DNA of 37,956 nucleotides from the NCBI GenBank assembly GCA_022842255.1, contig JALHPW010000002.1, positions 1 to 37,956 of the forward strand, in the 5' to 3' direction. Numbering within the stretch: position 1 is the stretch's first letter; the number at the start of each line of letters is the position of its first letter. The DNA comes from Saprospiraceae bacterium. GTDB lineage: Bacteria; Bacteroidota; Bacteroidia; Chitinophagales; Saprospiraceae. Made by a program: the position numbers and the translations under genes. This document shows positions 32,041-37,956 of this stretch, piece after piece. The notes under the pieces were generated by a model, which had not been told where the DNA came from, ran no database searches, and saw only the letters and a program-made list of their open reading frames with translations.

Positions 32041-34539
32041 CTATCGTAGTACCACCTTGCCGGTGCCCAGCAACTGACCATTGCTGCGCACCTGAAGGAG
32101 GTAAATCCCTGCGGGCAAATCGCCGCGCTCAAAGCGCCATTGTTGTCCGCTGGCATTGGCACTGCGCACGAGGCGTCCGGTAGCATCCGTCAAAGCTACC
32201 TGCCACTCCTGCAAGCCTTCGATGCCGCGCAGTTCGAGCTGGGCCGTTTCGGCCACCGGGTTGGGCAATACGCGCAGCTCAAGACCATCGCGCATGGGCT
32301 GCCAGGCGCTGAGGGTCACAAAATCTACCGCAACCCGGTGCACAGTGGTATTGGTGATGACGGGTTCGTTGAAATCGAAGAAAATGGCCGCCGAGTTCAG
32401 GATGTCGGTCTGCAGTGGCACATCCTCTTTTTGTGCAATGCGGAACGAGACAAAACCATTGGAACCTTCCAGGTTGGTGCTGCTGTCGGGCAGCAAGATG
32501 TTGTCGAAGGTGAATTTGAGGTTGCGGTCGCCGTAAAACTCAAAGGTGTACGGGTGACTGCTTGCACCGGGGCGCACGGTAGCCGGATCGAGCCAGCCCG
32601 AGAGGGTATCGCGAATGACCACCGTGAATGCCGTGTCGGTGCCCGTGTTCTGGAAGCGGATCAGGTACTCCAAGGCAGTGCCGGGTTTGATATAGTGCGC
32701 TGCGCCGTAACCGATTGGGAACCCTTGCTTGTCGTTGGGGTCGTAGGAGCCAACATTCGGGGTGCAGTCGATGTCTTCCCAGGGGTCGTTGTCGTTCATC
32801 GAGAATTGGTTTACAAAACCGATGCTGAACTGTCCACCATTGGCGCAGCCTTCCACGACTTCGGTTGGAACGGACAAGCCGGGGTGGAAAGGCTCTTGTG
32901 CCACTTCCACGCGCCAGGTAGCGCCATTTGCGGGTACTTTGAAGTGGTGCTCTTCAGACGGTGCAAGAATGATGGCCGGTGGTGGGGCGTTCATAAACAT
33001 CACGGCGTCTTCGATGATGACGTATTCCAGCGGCTCACTGGTGATGCCGTTGCCTACATTTCGGATGGTGAATTCCAGGGAGTCGGTGTTACACTCGGCC
33101 TCAACCTCAAGGCTGGCGCCCGACCATTGTGGGTTGTCTGGTTGGCAGGAACCAGTGGGGTAAATCGTAGCTTCCGTGCAGTGTATTTGGCCCAATTCGG
33201 CATCGCAACTCACCTCTACGGTGAAGTAAAACGTGCCACATTCGTTAAACGGCACATCACCTAAATCAAAACGGTATAGGTTGTTCCCCAAGTTTGTATA
33301 GCCAACCGTTGCAGCGGTGACCGTCAGGAAGTTATCGATTTGTACATCCACATAGGCATCGATGGCATCTGCGGTTCCCTTGTTGCAATAATTCACCCAG
33401 TAATTTCCAAAAAAGCAGCGGCGTAGTAAGGGGGTACTCAGGTCGACCGACATAGCCGGGCAAATGGCTACGGGTTGCAGGAGAAAATCGCGCTCCTGGG
33501 TTTCGTTTGGATTGAGGGTCAGGGTGTAGGATGCCTGGCAAGGCAACCAGAGGTTGTTGGGCGGCTGGACTTCAATGGTATAGGTATCTGGAAACAGGGA
33601 GGTATGAAAAAATCCATTTGCATCGGTGACCATGAAAAACTCGTCGCCAGCCGAATTGGTGATTTTCAGGAAAATTTGGGTCAAACCCTCATCGGTAGCT
33701 TCCTTGGTGCAGTTGGTGTTCCAATCGGCCAGCACATATCCTTCCAAATGTGCACATTCATCCTGGTCTTCTTCGACTACATAGGTGGTTACGACGGTAC
33801 ATCCCCGTTCATCGGTCACGGTAACGGTGTAGGTGCCTGCAGCAGGATCTACCACCCCACCGCCGGTACCACCGTTGCTCCAAGTATAGGCATAGGGGAA
33901 AGTTCCTCCTTGCGGTAAAACCCATATACCCGTTGAGTCATTGCAAAACGGACTGTCAAAATAGAAAATCGATGCGGAAAGCGGGGTGAAATTGCCAATC
34001 GAAAAACAAGCCGCCCCAGCGCATCCACCATTGCTATTGGTCACGGTAACGCATTGGGTGACACTGGTGCCGAAGGAACCGGCCTGCACTTCCACGGTTT
34101 GGTCTGTGGAGCCATTTGTCCAGAGGTAACTCAGGGTGCCTCCGCCCACCACCGATGCATTTGCAGTCAGTTCTACCTGTCCTTCACAACCAACGGCAGT
34201 GCCCGTGATGGTCACTTCCGGTATTGTGCCATCTTGATTTACTATGATAGAATCACTTCCCCAGCAATTGGCCCCGTCCGTGACCACAACGGTATAATAC
34301 CCCGGACCATTGATTATTGGGTTTGCCACACTGGGGATCTGGTTGGGCCCGAACCAAGTATATTGGTAATTGCCCGAGGGGACAACGGTGGTCTGCAACT
34401 GCGTCGTGGGATTTTGACAGCTGAGTACGGCAGGCGGGGCAATGTTCACCATCAAATTGCAGGGGTTTTGTGCACGCAAGCCCAGGGTAAGTAGGGACAA
34501 TGCGGCAAACAGCAGGAAACGAATTTTTTTGTAGCACAT
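32041..34539 (-). CDS. Secreted multi-domain surface protein with SprB/Ig-like N-terminal repeats and T9SS type-A CTD
   Basis: Signal peptide MCYKKIRFLLFAALSLLTLGLRAQ. Three repeats follow the pattern Y.W....GxYTVTVTD..GC. There is a prealbumin-like block (LEGYVLADWN...DANGFF...YTIEV) and a GSYDPNDK motif. The CTD is VLPNPVAETAQLEL... Confidence 0.8.
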   Translation of the reverse strand: MCYKKIRFLLFAALSLLTLGLRAQNPCNLMVNIAPPAVLSCQNPTTQLQTTVVPSGNYQYTWFGPNQIPSVANPIINGPGYYTVVVTDGANCWGSDSIIVNQDGTIPEVTITGTAVGCEGQVELTANASVVGGGTLSYLWTNGSTDQTVEVQAGSFGTSVTQCVTVTNSNGGCAGAACFSIGNFTPLSASIFYFDSPFCNDSTGIWVLPQGGTFPYAYTWSNGGTGGGVVDPAAGTYTVTVTDERGCTVVTTYVVEEDQDECAHLEGYVLADWNTNCTKEATDEGLTQIFLKITNSAGDEFFMVTDANGFFHTSLFPDTYTIEVQPPNNLWLPCQASYTLTLNPNETQERDFLLQPVAICPAMSVDLSTPLLRRCFFGNYWVNYCNKGTADAIDAYVDVQIDNFLTVTAATVGYTNLGNNLYRFDLGDVPFNECGTFYFTVEVSCDAELGQIHCTEATIYPTGSCQPDNPQWSGASLEVEAECNTDSLEFTIRNVGNGITSEPLEYVIIEDAVMFMNAPPPAIILAPSEEHHFKVPANGATWRVEVAQEPFHPGLSVPTEVVEGCANGGQFSIGFVNQFSMNDNDPWEDIDCTPNVGSYDPNDKQGFPIGYGAAHYIKPGTALEYLIRFQNTGTDTAFTVVIRDTLSGWLDPATVRPGASSHPYTFEFYGDRNLKFTFDNILLPDSSTNLEGSNGFVSFRIAQKEDVPLQTDILNSAAIFFDFNEPVITNTTVHRVAVDFVTLSAWQPMRDGLELRVLPNPVAETAQLELRGIEGLQEWQVALTDATGRLVRSANASGQQWRFERGDLPAGIYLLQVRSNGQLLGTGKVVLR

Positions 34540-34753
34540 AATGTGTTGCGTTTGGGCGTGAAAGCAATGATAAGGTGTATGTTCTTCCCCTCAAACAGGG
34601 GTCATTTGCGCAAATACTTTTTGATGGTACAAAAGTTCAGCTTCGTTTGCAGCCCAACAAATACATTTTTGGGCATTTATTTTAAAATAAAGTATAAAAA
34701 ATTTAAATAACTAATTGATTTACTGATATTTGCAATCGTTAAAATTTTGAACA

Positions 34754-36205
34754 GTGGAAAATTCCCGCCTCTGGCAAGTCATCGTTTTGCTCTCCGTCGC
34801 CGAACGAAAGCAATTGAACCAATGGCTGCAATCGCCTTTTTTTTGCCGGCGGCCTCAAGTGCTGGCTTTGTTCGCCTATTTCCGGGAGTGTTTGGAGTTG
34901 GGCCGCCCGCCAGAACAGGGGGTTGCGCAAATAGCTATTTTTGGAAAAGAACAATCTGCGGGAATTCAAGCTTTACGCGCCCTGATGACCGAGTTAATGG
35001 GCCATATCGAGCATTATTTTGTCTATTCCGAGCAATTTGAACGAAAAGGCGACTACCATATCCGGCTCGCGACAGCCTACCGAAAACGCGGTCTGGAGAA
35101 GCATTTCCGACAAAGCCTGCATGCCGCGCGAATCGATTGGGCCAGCCAACCTTTCCGCCATGCCGAGTACTTTGATGCCCAGGCGGCCATCGAGTATGAG
35201 TTGTACCAATTCCAGAGTGCGGGGCAGCGTACGGAAGCGCTCAACTGGCAGGACTTATCAAATCAAACGGATACGGCCTTCATCGCCCGCAAATTGCGAC
35301 AGGCATGTTTTGCGCTCAGTCACCAAGTGGTGTACAGTACGGGCTACAATTTTGGATTGCTCGACATGGTGCTTGCCCACCTGCGCGAATCGGAATCGCT
35401 CAGGGCCATCCCTTCTGTGGGCCTCTATTATTTCTGTTACCTGTTTTTGACGGAATCGGAAGGAGAACCCTATTTTCGGGAATTCAAACCTCGGTTGCTG
35501 GCTAATCTGGGGCAACTCCCCGTAGACGAACAGCGCAACCTCCACCTGTTGGCCCTGAATTTTTGCATCCGAAAAATCAATCAATCTTCTCCGGCCTACT
35601 TTAGGGAAGCGCTTGATTTGTACCAATCGGCCCTGAGCGCCAACCTGTTGCTGGAAAACGGGCAACTTTCCCACTTTGCCTACTCCAATATCGCAGCCAT
35701 TGCCCTCAAAGTGGGGGATACCGATTGGGTGGAACAGTTTATCCACCAATACGCGCCATTTTTGGAGAAAAAACACCGGGAGGCGGCGTTTCACCTCAAT
35801 CTGGCCCGGCTGGAATACGTGCGCCGAAACATGGGCGCCGCGCTGCAACACCTCCAGCAGGCCGACTATAAAGACCTAATCAACAACCTGATTGCCAAGA
35901 CCTTACAATTAAAAATCTATTACGAAACCGACGAGTACGACGCCCTCGACGCCCACTTGCAAAGCATGCAAACCTTTATTCGCCGACAACGGGTGATTGG
36001 ATATCACAAAACCAATTACCAGAACATCGTGCGGTATGGTCGGCGGCTTTTGCAGCTCAATCCCAATAGTCGCGAGGACTGCCTGGCGTTGCGCCTCCAA
36101 ATCGAATCGGAGCCGGTACTTACGGAGCGAGAGTGGTTTTTGGAAATGCTGGGGGAGGTGGGGATAAACCGCAAAACAGGAAAACCGGAAAACAGGAAAA
36201 TTTAA
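34754..36205 (+). CDS. Hypothetical all-alpha (TPR-like?) cytoplasmic protein
   Basis: The ORF is 483 aa and starts at a GTG, behind a very AT-rich spacer. The protein has no signal peptide and is helix-rich and repetitive in character. I cannot name a family. Its last ~13 codons and stop lie inside an inverted-repeat arm. Confidence 0.6.
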   Translation: MENSRLWQVIVLLSVAERKQLNQWLQSPFFCRRPQVLALFAYFRECLELGRPPEQGVAQIAIFGKEQSAGIQALRALMTELMGHIEHYFVYSEQFERKGDYHIRLATAYRKRGLEKHFRQSLHAARIDWASQPFRHAEYFDAQAAIEYELYQFQSAGQRTEALNWQDLSNQTDTAFIARKLRQACFALSHQVVYSTGYNFGLLDMVLAHLRESESLRAIPSVGLYYFCYLFLTESEGEPYFREFKPRLLANLGQLPVDEQRNLHLLALNFCIRKINQSSPAYFREALDLYQSALSANLLLENGQLSHFAYSNIAAIALKVGDTDWVEQFIHQYAPFLEKKHREAAFHLNLARLEYVRRNMGAALQHLQQADYKDLINNLIAKTLQLKIYYETDEYDALDAHLQSMQTFIRRQRVIGYHKTNYQNIVRYGRRLLQLNPNSREDCLALRLQIESEPVLTEREWFLEMLGEVGINRKTGKPENRKI

Positions 36206-36275
36206 AATTGCGAGGGGGGGACCTGCGCTTGGTTTTACGGTTCTCCTGTTTTACATTTTCCTGTTTTGCGGTTTA
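36165..36275. repeat. Inverted repeat built from AAAACAGGAAAA words, spanning the convergent spacer
   Basis: A perfect 20-bp pair TAAACCGCAAAACAGGAAAA (36165-36184) matches TTTTCCTGTTTTGCGGTTTA (36256-36275). A second word copy on each side (36187-36200 and 36241-36254) extends the arms imperfectly to ~40 nt. Confidence 0.85.
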
Positions 36276-36281
36276 ATTACG

Positions 36282-36593
36282 TTAGCCCCGGTTTCCGCGA
36301 CGAGGCGCCCTATGTGCTGCGCCTTTGCGGCAATGGCCATTTTTTCGGCCATGTTTTGCTTTGTGGCCCCGGCAGCCATCGCGGTCATCTTTCCAATGTT
36401 TATCTCCATGACCACGGTGTTTCTTTTTGGCGTGGTGGCGGTGTTTGTTTGGCCCATGTCCGCGTTTGGACGGATGGTCGTAATTGTCGTATCGGTACTC
36501 TGCCCGTGGGACCGGGTTTGCGCGTTGGGCCATGACCGGGCTTGCAGCCATCAGTCCGCCCAAGATCGCAATGGGAAACAGCATCTTTTTCAT
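36282..36593 (-). CDS. Small secreted, extremely basic His-rich protein (103 aa precursor)
   Basis: Canonical signal peptide MKKMLFPIAILGGLMAASPVMAQ with an A-rich start context. The mature 80 aa contain 12 His, many Lys/Arg and two Cys. The competing plus-strand ORF is its hydrophobic mirror image. Confidence 0.45.
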   Translation of the reverse strand: MKKMLFPIAILGGLMAASPVMAQRANPVPRAEYRYDNYDHPSKRGHGPNKHRHHAKKKHRGHGDKHWKDDRDGCRGHKAKHGRKNGHCRKGAAHRAPRRGNRG

Positions 36594-36707
36594 GTTTACT
36601 TCTTTGTTTGGTGAAAAGAAACTGGCGGCATGTAGTCGCCGTAATGTTCTTTAAACGCCTGATTGAAAAAAAGTAAGTGGATGCGGAAGTGAAAGTTGGG
36701 TTAAAAT

Positions 36708-36847
36708 AAGGCGACTATCCCCAGTTGCACACTGTGTTAATCCGTGTCCCATCCGTGCCATCCGTGGCCTATGGAACACGGATGGCACGGATGAGACACG
36801 GATTAAGTTAAAATACTCTTTTGGTGTGTAATTGGGTACAGTCGCCT
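36708..36847. repeat. Composite palindromic element with a 30-bp core inverted repeat made of three ATCCGTG words per arm
   Basis: The core arms 36737-36766 and 36777-36806 match 29/30 across a 10-nt loop. The outer arms AGGCGACTATCCCCCAGTTGCACAC (36708-36732) and GTGTGTAATTGGGTACAGTCGCCT (36824-36847) are about 80 percent complementary. Confidence 0.85.
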
Positions 36848-36869
36848 AAATAAAATGGGAAGGGCGCCT

Positions 36870-37913
36870 TTACAACGTAGCCATATCAATCACAAAACGG
36901 TATTTCACATCGCCTTTCAACATCCGCTCATAGGCTTCGTTGATATAGGCCATTTCGATGATTTCCACGTCGGAAGTAATGTTGTGCGCAGCACAGTAAT
37001 CCAGCATTTCCTGTGTTTCAGGCAATCCGCCAATGGAAGACCCAGCTATGCTGCGGCGGTTGTTGAGCAGGCTGAACCCGGCTATTTCGATGGGAGTAGG
37101 CGGTATGCCCACACAAATCATGACCCCATCGGTATTGAGCAGTTTCAAATACTGGCTGTAATCGTGCGGGGCGGATACAGTGTCTATGATAAAATCAAAC
37201 TTGTTGGCCAGGGCCTTGAGTTGTGCAGGGTCTTTGGTCATGGCAAAATGATGGGCGCCCAAGCCAAGCGCATCCTTTTCCTTTTGCGGGGAAGTGCTGA
37301 GCACGGTGACTTCTGCGCCAAAGGACGCAGCAAATTTGACGGCCATGTGTCCCAGTCCGCCCAGACCAAGCACTGCCACCTGATGTCCTTTGCCCACTTT
37401 CCAATGGCGCAGCGGCGAATAGGTGGTAATGCCCGCACACAGCAGGGGCGCTACGGTTTCCAAGGGGAGTTTGTCGGATACCTGGAGCACAAATCTTTCG
37501 TCCACGACGATTTGTTTGGAATAGCCGCCATAGGTTACGCCGCCGGTATGTTTGTCTTTGCCGTTGTAGGTACCGATGGCGCCGTTTCGGCAAAACTGCT
37601 CCAGCCCTCGTTTGCAGTTATCGCAGTCCCGACAGGAATCCACGAGGCAACCCACTGCGGCTAGGTCGCCGGTTTTAAACTTCGAAACCTGCGCCCCGAC
37701 GGCCGTGACGCGCCCCACAATCTCGTGTCCGGGCACAATGGGGTAAATGGTGCCTTTCCATTCGTTTCGCACCTGGTGCAGGTCGGAGTGGCAAACCCCA
37801 CAATACAGGATTTCAAATTGAACGTCGGTGGGTCCGACAACCCTTCTTTCAAAGGTGAATGGACCTAATGGGGTGGTAGCGCTTTGCGCGGCGAAGCCTT
37901 GAGTGGGTGTCAT
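36870..37913 (-). CDS. Zinc-dependent NAD(P) alcohol dehydrogenase, cinnamyl-alcohol-dehydrogenase (YahK/AdhC-like) subfamily
   Basis: The catalytic zinc site reads CGVCHSDLH...GHEIVG. The structural zinc cluster reads CRDCDNCKRGLEQFC. The Rossmann motif reads VLGLGGLGH. Confidence 0.9.
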   Translation of the reverse strand: MTPTQGFAAQSATTPLGPFTFERRVVGPTDVQFEILYCGVCHSDLHQVRNEWKGTIYPIVPGHEIVGRVTAVGAQVSKFKTGDLAAVGCLVDSCRDCDNCKRGLEQFCRNGAIGTYNGKDKHTGGVTYGGYSKQIVVDERFVLQVSDKLPLETVAPLLCAGITTYSPLRHWKVGKGHQVAVLGLGGLGHMAVKFAASFGAEVTVLSTSPQKEKDALGLGAHHFAMTKDPAQLKALANKFDFIIDTVSAPHDYSQYLKLLNTDGVMICVGIPPTPIEIAGFSLLNNRRSIAGSSIGGLPETQEMLDYCAAHNITSDVEIIEMAYINEAYERMLKGDVKYRFVIDMATL

Positions 37914-37956
37914 GGGTAGGAAAGTTTGAGCAGGTTTAGGTGTTAGGGGACTTAAC

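Noticed and set aside
36312-36614. A 100-aa hydrophobic plus-strand ORF lies opposite the His-rich mini-gene.
   Set aside because: It is the compositional mirror image of a Lys/Arg/His-rich frame. It lacks a convincing start context, and it would run into the promoter region of the opposite gene. The minus-strand frame has a canonical signal peptide. This call remains uncertain.
1-37956. I searched for CRISPR arrays, tRNA/rRNA genes, transposases or integrases, reverse transcriptases (retron/DGR), toxin-antitoxin pairs and restriction-modification genes.
   Set aside because: No regularly spaced identical repeats with unique spacers were found. No cloverleaf-like or rRNA-like segments appear in any spacer. 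No ORF carries DDE, tyrosine/serine recombinase, RT, methyltransferase or typical toxin motifs. The only nuclease-like gene is the solitary Uma2-family ORF.

Overview
This is a chromosomal segment that looks like a Bacteroidota genome. The inference rests on three things: six proteins end in T9SS C-terminal sorting domains, several genes are preceded by the Bacteroidetes -7 promoter motif TAnnTTTG, and start codons sit in A-rich contexts without Shine-Dalgarno sequences. I call 20 protein-coding genes, plus a possible 9-codon gene stub at the left edge. I recognised no rRNA, tRNA, CRISPR array, transposase, integrase or obvious defence cassette.

Housekeeping genes are interleaved with a dense set of secreted or surface proteins.
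- Housekeeping: proS, prs, a trpE-like chorismate enzyme, comEC plus a ComEA-like gene, a rhodanese and a Zn alcohol dehydrogenase.
- Secreted or surface: an S8 protease, a beta-helix/PA14 protein, an M36 fungalysin-type protease, a roughly 1980-aa type-B-CTD adhesin, a PDZ-only T9SS cargo and a SprB-repeat protein.

The most unusual observations are:
1. A 793-aa ORF joins a membrane di-iron fatty-acid-hydroxylase domain in frame to a complete secreted protein. That protein has its own signal peptide, a CxxCH haem motif, PHM/DBH-like copper ligands and a T9SS CTD. The junction looks like a former intergenic spacer.
2. Most gene-3' spacers are filled by long hairpin or inverted-repeat elements, each built from its own short tandem word (TTTACGA, AATGTGGYCA, AAAACAGGAAAA, CATCCGTG). 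One of them supplies the C-terminus and stop codon of a gene.
3. A small secreted protein has 12 His in its 80 mature residues and lies next to a 29/30-matched 30-bp inverted repeat.
4. A canonical intrinsic terminator sits about 220 nt downstream of prs with no gene to explain it.

All product calls come from reading motifs by eye. No database search was run.
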